A stretch of DNA of 64,000 nt. Origin: Candidatus Thalassarchaeaceae archaeon. GTDB lineage: Archaea; Thermoplasmatota; Poseidoniia; Poseidoniales; Thalassarchaeaceae. How positions within the stretch are numbered: position 1 is the stretch's first letter; every line of letters starts with the position of its first letter. Shown here piece by piece: positions 27,879 to 36,606 of this stretch. The notes below the pieces were generated by a model. That model was given only the letters and a program-made list of their open reading frames with translations. It was not told the origin of the DNA and searched no databases. Made by a program: the position numbers and the translations under genes. The stretch spans positions 492 to 64,491 of the forward strand of contig DASCSS010000018.1 in the NCBI GenBank assembly GCA_034399535.1, given 5' to 3'.

Positions 27879-28894
27879 GATGGGTTGAAGGCAGATAAAA
27901 GACTACGGCATCTTTCTTTTGATTCCTCATCACACCACCTCAGGACTACGCCTTTGCCTGGTTGGCCATATAGGACCACAGAACCTATCGGAGAAAGGGG
28001 GTGAAGTATTAGTGGAGCCAGATCTTCCTCCCCTTCCACAATGATCAAGTGAGTTTGCCCATCCAATTTCCAAGAGGAGATTGCTGTTTCGCACGCCCTG
28101 AGGAGGGAATTGGAAATGGTTCCCGGGGGACTTTGGCATTGGATGATGACATCATACAAGGAACGGTCGATTTCGCTTGCACCATCCCACTTCTGCCTCT
28201 TTGTAAGGCCATCAACTAATGCAATATGAGCAGGATTACCCACATCCTGCAACGTTTTGACTGTTACATCGCCAACAGAGATTATGCAGCGGGGAGGATC
28301 GAGGAGCTGGATTTCTTTCAGGACGTCAATCATTGCCTTGTTGGGATCATCCTCAGGACCGGAGAAGAGACGTCCGAATGGTTCCTTCAATTCGGCCTCC
28401 GCGGGAGGAGAGAGGTTCCAAGAGCCAGTTCGAATACGGTCAGGAATCCAAGGATGACCAGAACGATCAATCTGGCCATCTCTAACTCTAGAGCTAGAAA
28501 TTGGTTGATCATCCCATGCCAGAACCCTCTCAGCACAAATTATTGAGAGTACTGCAAGTCCATTTGATTGTCTGATTGAATTGATATTTTCGCATTCCTT
28601 ATGAGTCTCGGCAGTACATACAATGGCAGATGCCGAGGGATGCGAGGGGGCTGGCCCATGGTTATCTTCGAGAATATGGAAAGAAACCCTTGGGAAGTCT
28701 ATTGCCAAGAATTCCTGAATTTCAGAACATCGTTCCGACCAAGACTTTGTTCGGTTGTCCTTGGCATTTGCTATTGAGTCGTTAGTAATCCAAATCTCCA
28801 ATGAATTGCATTCAGAAAGCCCCTTTCTGATTAATGACTTATGGCCATCGTGGAATCTGTCAAATGTTCCGCCAATTAGGCCCAATTGGTGCAT
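27875..28894 (-). CDS. Fusion protein: archaeal phosphopantetheine adenylyltransferase (N-terminal) and DUF359-type GTP-dependent dephospho-CoA kinase (C-terminal)
   Basis: The N-terminus GGTFDRFHDGH is the cytidylyltransferase (H/T)xGH motif of archaeal PPAT. The C-terminal half carries the DUF359 blocks ISVGDVT, ALVDG, IIVEGEEDLAPL and VLYGQPGKGVVL. Confidence 0.75.
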   Translation of the reverse strand: MHQLGLIGGTFDRFHDGHKSLIRKGLSECNSLEIWITNDSIANAKDNRTKSWSERCSEIQEFLAIDFPRVSFHILEDNHGPAPSHPSASAIVCTAETHKECENINSIRQSNGLAVLSIICAERVLAWDDQPISSSRVRDGQIDRSGHPWIPDRIRTGSWNLSPPAEAELKEPFGRLFSGPEDDPNKAMIDVLKEIQLLDPPRCIISVGDVTVKTLQDVGNPAHIALVDGLTKRQKWDGASEIDRSLYDVIIQCQSPPGTISNSLLRACETAISSWKLDGQTHLIIVEGEEDLAPLILHPLSPIGSVVLYGQPGKGVVLRWCDEESKERCRSLLSAFNPS

Positions 28895-28924
28895 TATTAT
28901 TCCGCCATTAGCGCTTGCTTAGAT

Positions 28925-29250
28925 TATGCGTATTTTGTGTGCCCCGGGGCGTAACGGCTACCTTCACTGCTTGGCTCTGGTGCCTGACCCACCCCGGGAC
29001 GTCTGTCGGACTGAGTGGTAGTCCCTTGATTCATTCTATTCCGTCCTCAGGGGACCTTCACAATCCGGCCACCTGATTTGCGCCACAGTTCATCCCGCAA
29101 AGCGGTCCCAGTGGTCTTCGACAGGTGGTCACCCAAACCGTGGTGCCGTGTCTCACCCTCCACCTCCGGCGAGGGGGTTTCGTCCACACGGTGTTGCCGG
29201 TTGGGCAACACTTCGCAACCAAAGCTGCTCATGAACCCAACGGTTGGAAA
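28925..29250 (-). ncRNA. Unclassified GC-rich structured RNA candidate (about 300 nt; SRP/7S RNA is one hypothesis)
   Basis: This intergenic stretch is 62% GC over 28941-29220 (76 G, 97 C of 280 nt on the + strand, so the minus-strand transcript would be G-rich). The flanks are far lower, e.g. roughly 35-53% in sampled lines of the adjacent 864-aa gene. It contains many perfect stems. One stem has a G-U pair only when read on the minus strand. Only 61- and 73-aa ORFs occur here. Confidence 0.45.
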
Positions 29251-29261
29251 AAATCGTCATT

Positions 29262-31856
29262 TTAACCCATTTCTGGATGGAATCCAGATTTCCCAATGAT
29301 TAATCTCTTCGCGACAGAGGAATCCCCGGACATTGTTGCTTCAATAGTGAAATCCGGCCACTTATCTCTTGGTTGCGCAAGCCAACCCACTAGGTCATGC
29401 GTTCTTCCTGCCAAAGGCGGTCTCCCGAGCTTCGCTGATTCGAGTGCTTCGAGTAAATCCAATAAAGAGGCGACTGTTGCTTCGGGAAATGAGTTTCTAA
29501 CTATGTCCTCGGTTGCATCTTTGATTTTCTCAAGGATTGTTGGATCGCAGCCTGGATGAGTCAAAGAGGACATTCCTGGGGCCTCGCAAATCTCTCCGAT
29601 TGGACGTAGAATTGATGCACACCAAGGTGTATAGTGGGAGAACAGTTCTTCCTGCCCCCCCTGATCAAGAAGTTCTGCAAGAATTCGTGGAGATATTGGT
29701 GCCCACCACTCGTAAGGCAAATCTGTTCGGAATCTCTGAATAGTTTCCAGGTCTTTATTGGATTGATTAATTGAGTAGTCATATAATTCCGACCATGTCC
29801 TCAGATGATGCCCTTGTGGGAGCGATTCGGCGCGATTCCTAATTTTCGAAATCCAATCTTTGAAATCGGTTTCTGAAGCATTGGTGGACCTAAGCAACCA
29901 CGAGAATCCAATCAAAGCATCCATGGAGTCCATTGGGGGTTCTGAAAGCCATGTCTCTACTGCCCAATCAAGAATATCTGAATGAGACTCATCCGGTAGC
30001 CATGGTGAATTATGAATGAATTTTGATGCGAGCCAAGCAGCCCCCCTATTTGCTTGATTTGGATCAATAGCAGGCCATGATTTGATCAGATTGTCTGGAT
30101 CTTCGCGAAGTTTGTTTGTAACTTTCTCGGAAAACAATGAAAGTACTGAATCGGGAGCCATTTCGGCTATTTCTGAAATCTTCTCGATTGGCAAATGATC
30201 CACATCTAGCAAAGCTAGCCATTCGTGGTCTAATCTGTTTGAGATTCTCTGCCACCTAGGCCACCTTGTTCTACTGGGAGAGGCAATCCAAGCAGCCAAT
30301 GGATACATTGCCTCCATCTGATTGGCCCACCCTTCTTCGCCTACTGGGTACTGAGAAATAGCCGAATGGATGATGGAGACCATTTCGCCGCTCAACTCCT
30401 CCGGAACAAAATCACTGGCTACGTCAATTCCAAGGATTTCCCAAGGAGAAATGGTTGTTTGCTCAATATCAGTGGTAGATCTAATCGTGCTAATCTGCTC
30501 CACTAGCCTGATCGGAATGTTAAGGCCACTTCTGGTTGAAAAATTGAGCCATGGAATGGTTCTAATTCGGTCCAATGTCAACATATCAAATGTAGAGAAA
30601 ATATGGTTGAATTGACTAGAAATAATCAGCCGCAGGTTTGGATGTGAAGCGATATCGGAGAATAAATCACTAGGAAGATCGGGAGTGGTTTCCAAAACCA
30701 AGGGGATGTCGGCTTGATCCAAAGACCATCGAACCAATGATTCGGAAGCTGACTTTCCTAATCCCCGGAGCTCCACTATTCTGGTTGTTGAGTCGGTGAC
30801 CGAAAATGATGCTCCGCCCCAGTCATTTCTGAATTTCCTCAATGTTGAGTCATCTGTCTTGATGCGTCGATTTGAGGACAGCCTATCTTTCAATGATTGG
30901 AGTCTCTTCCTTCTCTCGTTTTCTTTCAATCTAGGATGTGCTGCTTCGATCCAATAGTCCAATGCTTCTAGCGGATAGTCATCACCTTCCATGTCTAAGC
31001 CACTCAAGTCTGCAACCAACAGGGAATTCGACCTTGCTGAACGAAGAAGAACAGAGCGTGGAAGCCTCTCCTTGATCAATGCCGCAACTGGTTGGGTCGG
31101 CCTAACGTCTGGGGTGCCGTGATGAGAGGAGCCGAGAACCCAATTCCCCCTGTGATAAGTCGATTCATCTAATGGGGGGGGCGTTCTTGAGTGATATGGG
31201 ATGAACCAGTCCCCGAGGGAAATTGTTGAGCGGAATTCTGGATTCAGCAGTCTCGCCCTCATTATTCCAACAATAGAGTTTTGACTGAGGTATGAGTCAA
31301 TTCTCTCGGGTCCTGAAATCTCGGGAGGTTTGTCCATAATTCTCATTTTATCTAAATCAAACCACCTAGGTGATTTCTCGGAAAGAACTGCCCAAGTCCA
31401 CGACACCCCTTGATTTCGAGTGGATTTTTTCTCGGAGGTGGAGATAGCGAACATTCGGTTCGGGATCTGAACCATTGGTTCATTTGGGGGCTTAAGGAAT
31501 CCAAGGAGCAAATTTGACTCATCGCGAAAAAGAAGGCAGCATCCCTCCTTATCATAATCAAGGCTAGGTATTGCCAATACCTTAGCCCACTCGTCCTCTT
31601 CCAATACCTTCCAACCCTGCTCAGTAAGACGAATTTTCGAACCACGGCTTCCGGGTGGTAGATCGCTGGTAACCAACTCATCTCTTCTCATTCTCCGAAT
31701 CTCCGCCGATGCGTGAGGCATCCTAAGGGCAGTCTCCTTCGCCAATTCTGTTACTGTAGAGTCACCTTCTGAAAGTCTAGACATGAGCTTCCAACGATGT
31801 TTGCTTCGAATCCTCTTGGGGGTGATTTTTCGTTCACTTGGGGAAGTAATTGACAT
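29262..31856 (-). CDS. Large orphan protein (864 aa) with N-terminal ArsR/MarR-like winged-helix domain
   Basis: Uninterrupted 864 codons. The N-terminal wHTH pattern is STVTELAKETALRMPHASAEIRRMRRDELV...IRLTEQGWKVLEE. The remaining roughly 780 aa are Trp-rich with no catalytic motif recognised. Confidence 0.6.
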   Translation of the reverse strand: MSITSPSERKITPKRIRSKHRWKLMSRLSEGDSTVTELAKETALRMPHASAEIRRMRRDELVTSDLPPGSRGSKIRLTEQGWKVLEEDEWAKVLAIPSLDYDKEGCCLLFRDESNLLLGFLKPPNEPMVQIPNRMFAISTSEKKSTRNQGVSWTWAVLSEKSPRWFDLDKMRIMDKPPEISGPERIDSYLSQNSIVGIMRARLLNPEFRSTISLGDWFIPYHSRTPPPLDESTYHRGNWVLGSSHHGTPDVRPTQPVAALIKERLPRSVLLRSARSNSLLVADLSGLDMEGDDYPLEALDYWIEAAHPRLKENERRKRLQSLKDRLSSNRRIKTDDSTLRKFRNDWGGASFSVTDSTTRIVELRGLGKSASESLVRWSLDQADIPLVLETTPDLPSDLFSDIASHPNLRLIISSQFNHIFSTFDMLTLDRIRTIPWLNFSTRSGLNIPIRLVEQISTIRSTTDIEQTTISPWEILGIDVASDFVPEELSGEMVSIIHSAISQYPVGEEGWANQMEAMYPLAAWIASPSRTRWPRWQRISNRLDHEWLALLDVDHLPIEKISEIAEMAPDSVLSLFSEKVTNKLREDPDNLIKSWPAIDPNQANRGAAWLASKFIHNSPWLPDESHSDILDWAVETWLSEPPMDSMDALIGFSWLLRSTNASETDFKDWISKIRNRAESLPQGHHLRTWSELYDYSINQSNKDLETIQRFRTDLPYEWWAPISPRILAELLDQGGQEELFSHYTPWCASILRPIGEICEAPGMSSLTHPGCDPTILEKIKDATEDIVRNSFPEATVASLLDLLEALESAKLGRPPLAGRTHDLVGWLAQPRDKWPDFTIEATMSGDSSVAKRLIIGKSGFHPEMG

Positions 31857-32111
31857 AATTAATCACCTTCAGAATGACTCACACCATATGATGGTAATAA
31901 ATTATTTGTTTTAGTTACATTTAATTACATATTTCCATTGGAAATTATATAAGTTTCATTATTACACCACATCAACGTATCAATAACAAGCAAAATTTTG
32001 TCACCATATGTAACCAACAAGTCAAATAACATACAGAAGCGTTATATTACCACCCGCTATCCTGTGAAAAGTGACCCAATGCGAGGGTCGCTCTACAGAA
32101 ACGGTGGCAAT

Positions 32112-32369
32112 ATGAGAACAACAAGACTAAGGCAAAAAATAAAGAAATTCCTGGACGAAAGAGGGGAGGCTAACACCACCGAGATCCTTGAACATGTGAA
32201 CTCAACAATGAGGCACGGTACGACGCCTCAACAACTGGGAAATGTGCTTTCGAAGGACAAAGATATCCTGAAAGTCGCAACCACAAAGAGAGGTGGCGCG
32301 CTATCTGGCAGATACGAGATATGCGTTTGGCAGGTTCGACCTGGTGCTTTGGAAGAGAAAGTCAACTAA
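32112..32369 (+). CDS. Small winged-helix DNA-binding protein (85 aa)
   Basis: MRTTRLRQKIKKFLDERGEANTTEILEHVNSTMRHGTTPQQLGNVLSKD... shows a helix-turn-helix plus wing pattern. ATG 32112 was chosen because the ORF-track start 31998 lies in the AT-rich spacer. Confidence 0.5.
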   Translation: MRTTRLRQKIKKFLDERGEANTTEILEHVNSTMRHGTTPQQLGNVLSKDKDILKVATTKRGGALSGRYEICVWQVRPGALEEKVN

Positions 32370-33385
32370 GTTTCCAAAGCTTCGTTCCATTCACCTGAAC
32401 GGGCAAGCCCGTTCATTCTTGCACGATGGGAGAATGCGCTCTGACTAGATGAATGGGGGACTGCGTCCTTGGATGCCCACTTCCTCAATGCCTCGGCCTG
32501 CAGAGCGCGTCCATACGAGTAAGATAGTTGCCAAGGATGGGGTTCGTCCCCCTTGTTCATCAGGTTTAGGTGTGCAGTTGCATCCTCGTCGGACTGCCCC
32601 CCAGAAAGGAAGACGATTCCAGGGAGTTCATGGGGAACATGATTAGTTAGGCATTCTAACGTCAACCGAGCAACTTCTTCTCTTGGAATCTGATTTTCAC
32701 AGGCTTTTCCGGCGATAATCATGTTCGGTTTCAGAAGAGTTCCGGGAATATGTACCCCTTGTTCATTACATGCCAAGAATGTCGCATCCAGAACCTGGGC
32801 AGAAACTTCGAAGCATCTTGAAGCATCATGAGTTCCATCCATTAGCACCTCAGGTTCGATAATTGGCACCAGTCCCTGCTCTTGACAAATCGCTGCGTAT
32901 CTTGCTAGGGCATGGGCATTTGTGGAAATACAGGCATCACTAGGAATCCCTTCATCTATTTTTATCACTGCTCGCCATTTGGCAAATCTGGCCCCCATAG
33001 AGAAATATTCAGAACAACGCTCTCTGAGTCCATCGAGTCCCTCAGTGATTTTCTCGCCTTCGTGGTGGGCCAGATCCTTCGCCCCAGTATCGACCTTTAT
33101 CCCGGGGTGAATCCCACGTTTTGTTAAAGCATCAGGGATTGGTGTTCCATCATCCATGACCTGCCGGATGGTCTCGTCAAAGAGTATCACCCCACTAATT
33201 GCAGATTCGTATCCCTCTGTGGCAAATAGGTTTGACCTATAGGAACGTCTCGATTCAGCAGTAGGTTCAATTCCAACGGCTTCGAGTCGATTAGACATGG
33301 TCCCATTACTCTCGTCGGCAGCCAGGATTCCCCTCCCGGGAGAAACTAATTCGTTTGCGGTTTTCTCTAACAGACCCTTGTCCAC
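32366..33385 (-). CDS. fba: Fructose-bisphosphate aldolase, class I (bacterial/eukaryotic type)
   Basis: GILAADES, LLKPNMI (Schiff-base Lys region) and FLSGGQS. 339 aa. Confidence 0.9.
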   Translation of the reverse strand: MDKGLLEKTANELVSPGRGILAADESNGTMSNRLEAVGIEPTAESRRSYRSNLFATEGYESAISGVILFDETIRQVMDDGTPIPDALTKRGIHPGIKVDTGAKDLAHHEGEKITEGLDGLRERCSEYFSMGARFAKWRAVIKIDEGIPSDACISTNAHALARYAAICQEQGLVPIIEPEVLMDGTHDASRCFEVSAQVLDATFLACNEQGVHIPGTLLKPNMIIAGKACENQIPREEVARLTLECLTNHVPHELPGIVFLSGGQSDEDATAHLNLMNKGDEPHPWQLSYSYGRALQAEALRKWASKDAVPHSSSQSAFSHRARMNGLARSGEWNEALET

Positions 33386-33462
33386 ATCAGTGACCTCATC
33401 TCGGGGAAGGGGTCAGAGAAAAGAATCCATCGTCTAGAATTATGGAGCTTTTCTTGGGCGTT

Positions 33463-34416
33463 CTACATTTCTACTACAGAGTCGACAAACCTATGAATCT
33501 TTGACTGGACCTCGATAATCTCAGAATGGACCTCATAGTTGCCTCCCTCCAATTTCCTCACTCCTCGGGTTCTTCCAGAACAAACTCCTGTTCCAATGAA
33601 TACGGAGTCTTCCGAGCTGCACAGATCGTCTCGATCCCAAAGTCTCTCTATATCGTCGTCAATCATATTCTCTGCCCTCTCCCTATGTCCTTCGTTCTTG
33701 AATATCAATCGGCCTTCGAAAGGGGCTCCAAGGCCTCGCAAAGCTGTAGCAGTAATCACTCCTTCTGGGGCGGCCCCAATTCCCATCAACATGTCAATCT
33801 CAGAGCTCGGGTCAGCAGCATTTAGAGCAGCGGCAATGTCTCCGTCCCCTATCAGGATGGGCGTTACGCCCAATTCCTTCAGATCCCTAATCAGGCTCTC
33901 GTGTCTAGGTCTATCCATGACTACAACTTGAATTTCTTCTGCTGTCTTATCGATGGCTGAGCATGCTCCCTCGATGTTGTAGGGAACATCGGCTTCCAAG
34001 CTAACATGTCCAGATATCTCTGCGGGCCCTGCAATCTTGTCCATATAGCAATCAGGGGCATGCAAGAGGGTGCCCCTCGGTCCGGCAGCCAGAACCGCCA
34101 TTGCATTGGGCTGATCAAATGCAACATGGTTCGTACACTCCAACGGATCAACTGCTATGTCTATTGATGGAGCGGACCCATCACCTTGCATGGATCCCAA
34201 AGGCTCACCAATCCATAACATCGGAGCGTCATCCCTTTCACCCTCGCCTATGGCGACCCTTCCATCAAAGGGGACTTTATCGAAGACTGCGCGCATCGCT
34301 TCGACAGCTGCACCATCGGCTGCCTTCCTGTCCCCCAATCCCTTCCATCCAAAAGCTGCAATCGCAGCAGCCTCAGTTGCCCTCAAGAAATCGGGTATTA
34401 GATCCGCTGTGGCCAC
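33463..34416 (-). CDS. glpX: Fructose-1,6-bisphosphatase class II (GlpX)
   Basis: [37 protein letters not shown] and AVDPLECTN blocks, typical of GlpX. Confidence 0.9.
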   Translation of the reverse strand: MATADLIPDFLRATEAAAIAAFGWKGLGDRKAADGAAVEAMRAVFDKVPFDGRVAIGEGERDDAPMLWIGEPLGSMQGDGSAPSIDIAVDPLECTNHVAFDQPNAMAVLAAGPRGTLLHAPDCYMDKIAGPAEISGHVSLEADVPYNIEGACSAIDKTAEEIQVVVMDRPRHESLIRDLKELGVTPILIGDGDIAAALNAADPSSEIDMLMGIGAAPEGVITATALRGLGAPFEGRLIFKNEGHRERAENMIDDDIERLWDRDDLCSSEDSVFIGTGVCSGRTRGVRKLEGGNYEVHSEIIEVQSKIHRFVDSVVEM

Positions 34417-34440
34417 GCTCTCGTGAAGGGGGTCAGGAAT

Positions 34441-34956
34441 TCAATCCTGTGGGTCGGACTTCTTCTTTCGGACGACTCGGATATCATCAATACGAGCATT
34501 TGGATACTGCCCAAAGTCGTCCTTCTCAATTGGCTTTAGCATGTCCCATGCGCAAAGCAGTCCTGCACTGACTCCATTGAGAGCTTCCATCTCAACCCCA
34601 GTGATCCAATGGGTTCTGACCGATACCGAGCATCGAAGACCGCGTTCCTCTATCTTCCAATTTACGCTGCACCCCTCTATTGGGATGGGATGGCAGTGAG
34701 GTAGTGTCCGCGATGTCTCCTTTACGGCTTGAATTGCGGCAATGGTGGATGCTCCCCTAACGTCCCCCTTTGGCGACTGCCCGTTCGAAACGGCATCTAT
34801 TGATTCGGGAGAGATGATGAGTACCCCGGTTGCCTCCGCTTCTCTGGCTACAACGGGCTTGGATCCCACATCGACTATTCCCCTCCACAAGTCAGTCACG
34901 AGCTCACCAATGATAGCGGAGGGGGCATTACTATTCAGGGACTCGGGATGGAGCAT
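34441..34956 (-). CDS. moaC: Cyclic pyranopterin monophosphate synthase accessory protein MoaC
   Basis: VDVGSKP, KGDV, LPHCHPIP and GVEMEAL blocks. Start set at ATG 34956. The ORF-track start 35058 would overlap the divergent ferredoxin gene. Confidence 0.82.
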   Translation of the reverse strand: MLHPESLNSNAPSAIIGELVTDLWRGIVDVGSKPVVAREAEATGVLIISPESIDAVSNGQSPKGDVRGASTIAAIQAVKETSRTLPHCHPIPIEGCSVNWKIEERGLRCSVSVRTHWITGVEMEALNGVSAGLLCAWDMLKPIEKDDFGQYPNARIDDIRVVRKKKSDPQD

Positions 34957-34989
34957 TGGAATGAAATACCCACATATGGATAGGGAATC

Positions 34990-35250
34990 ATGGCGGAGGC
35001 GTTCCGAGACAAGGCCACTCCCGGTATCGTTCCTGCACTTAGGTCTGGACAGGCTCATGACAAGCCCACAAAAGAAGGGACCAAACTTCAGGTTCTGAAT
35101 GACCTTTGTGTAGGGTGCTCATACTGCCTAATGGCTTGCAAGGATGATGCATTGGTGGTCGAAGGCCTCTGTGAGGTCTTGGAGGAGAACTGCACCGATT
35201 GCCTGAGATGCCTATTGTGGTGCCCAACCGGGGCGTTAGTCTATGCATGA
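34990..35250 (+). CDS. Small 4Fe-4S dicluster ferredoxin-like protein
   Basis: Two cysteine clusters, CVGCSYCLMAC and CTDCLRCLLWCP. It stops 9 nt before the FAD oxidoreductase gene. The start is uncertain. Confidence 0.5.
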   Translation: MAEAFRDKATPGIVPALRSGQAHDKPTKEGTKLQVLNDLCVGCSYCLMACKDDALVVEGLCEVLEENCTDCLRCLLWCPTGALVYA

Positions 35251-35259
35251 GGTGAATCT

Positions 35260-36606
35260 GTGAGAAGGCCCAAGGCAGTTGTAATTGGGGCTGGACTAGG
35301 GGGGCTTTCCTCAGCAGCCAAAATTTCTCATCACGGGAATTATGATGTCGAAGTGTACGAGAGAATGTCATTTGCTGGAGGTCGGTTCACCCAACATGAT
35401 CATGATGGGTTCCAGATTCCAACAGGAGCGGTCCATACAATCCCCCATGGGAGGAAGGGTCCGTTCGCGAAGCTTATCCTAGGGAAACGTGAGAGCGGCG
35501 GACTAGATCTGAGTAGGCAGGGAGTGGAGTTTCTCCCTAGTACCAAATTTGCGGGAATGCAACGGAATGGGAGGCACCATGCTGCTAATTCGGTCTATGG
35601 AATTATGCCCTGGTTTTCTCTGAAGAACACCATCAATATGCCTCGACTATTGGCATCTAGGGCCAAGCGTCCATGGAAAAACGAGACCATGGACGGTAGG
35701 ACGTGGCTCAGAAAGATGTTCACAGAAGATTTCATCGACTTCTTGGATGCATTCTCTAACTTTGCAATTAGTTTGAAGTTCGACCAAATGCCTGCATCCA
35801 CGGTAGCCAGGATGTTGCAGAACTCTTTCTGGAGTGACAGGCCACATATTCCCAAAGGTGGTTGCAAGGGCGTAATCGATGGTCTCAGATCTGACCTCAA
35901 GGAGAATGGGGTCAGAGTAAAATTGTCCCACGAGATCACTGAGATTCTTCCTGGAGATTCCGAGGAGGAGACGAAGGGGAGTCGTTTCTGCATAGGTATC
36001 AGGAGGAGAGGGAGGGCTAGCCCGACTTGGATAGGTGCTGATGCAATAATCCACAATGGGGGGCATCCCAACCTACTAGATTCACTGTCCGACGAATTCG
36101 AAGTGTCCGACGAGATCCGGGGACAGGTGAAGAACACGCAAGCTGTTGGTGGGATTGGTTTCGTATTCAATCTAGACGACGAAATCCCCCAAAGAGACAG
36201 TGGAGTGACAATGATTCCAGGCATGGATAGAGTGGGTGGTTACATCATACCCACGTTCAGCGAGCCTTCCCTGGCCCCAGAGGGAAGGCACATGATGATC
36301 ACACACCAGTACGTCCCCGACCCGACCGTCAAGTCCGAGATTTCCAAGGGCCGAGACGAACTATACGATTCAATACCATGGCTATCTGATCACGGAGAAG
36401 AGCTGTGTGTCCATACTTATCACAGAAACTGGCCCTGCAATAGAGCCCCGATGGGAGCAGAGCTTCCATCGGATGTAGGCATAGAAGGAATCAGGATGGT
36501 TGGGGATGGCGTAAAGGGGCATGGGTGGATGATGATTGAGGGAATTGCATCGAATGTCCCGGAAGCGGTCTCTGATACCATCAAGGCAATGGATTCTACA
36601 GCCTAA
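35260..36606 (+). CDS. FAD-dependent oxidoreductase, phytoene desaturase/amine oxidase (CrtI/HpnE-like) family
   Basis: GTG start. Dinucleotide fold VVIGAGLGGLSSAAKI...VEVYERMSFAGGRF. 448 aa. Confidence 0.68.
   Translation: MRRPKAVVIGAGLGGLSSAAKISHHGNYDVEVYERMSFAGGRFTQHDHDGFQIPTGAVHTIPHGRKGPFAKLILGKRESGGLDLSRQGVEFLPSTKFAGMQRNGRHHAANSVYGIMPWFSLKNTINMPRLLASRAKRPWKNETMDGRTWLRKMFTEDFIDFLDAFSNFAISLKFDQMPASTVARMLQNSFWSDRPHIPKGGCKGVIDGLRSDLKENGVRVKLSHEITEILPGDSEEETKGSRFCIGIRRRGRASPTWIGADAIIHNGGHPNLLDSLSDEFEVSDEIRGQVKNTQAVGGIGFVFNLDDEIPQRDSGVTMIPGMDRVGGYIIPTFSEPSLAPEGRHMMITHQYVPDPTVKSEISKGRDELYDSIPWLSDHGEELCVHTYHRNWPCNRAPMGAELPSDVGIEGIRMVGDGVKGHGWMMIEGIASNVPEAVSDTIKAMDSTA

Noticed and set aside
28925-29250. 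Assigning the structured element specifically as RNase P RNA.
   Set aside because: I could not find the near-universal CR-I sequence GAGGAAAGUCC. The only ACAGA-like stretch lies about 60 nt from the only AAGGUCC-like stretch, leaving no room for a specificity domain. The SRP assignment is also left open, because the helix-8-like motif is in a non-canonical position.
29047-29299. Short ORFs 29047-29232 (-) and 29078-29299 (+) inside the GC-rich intergenic element.
   Set aside because: They are 61 and 73 aa with no start context or motifs. The region is better explained by its dense stem-loops and 62% GC, that is, as a structured RNA.
31998-32111. The first 38 codons of ORF 31998-32369.
   Set aside because: This part lies in the strongly AT-rich spacer and starts at a non-ATG codon. 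It encodes an Asn/Lys/Tyr-rich peptide typical of translated AT-rich DNA. ATG 32112 gives a compact wHTH protein.
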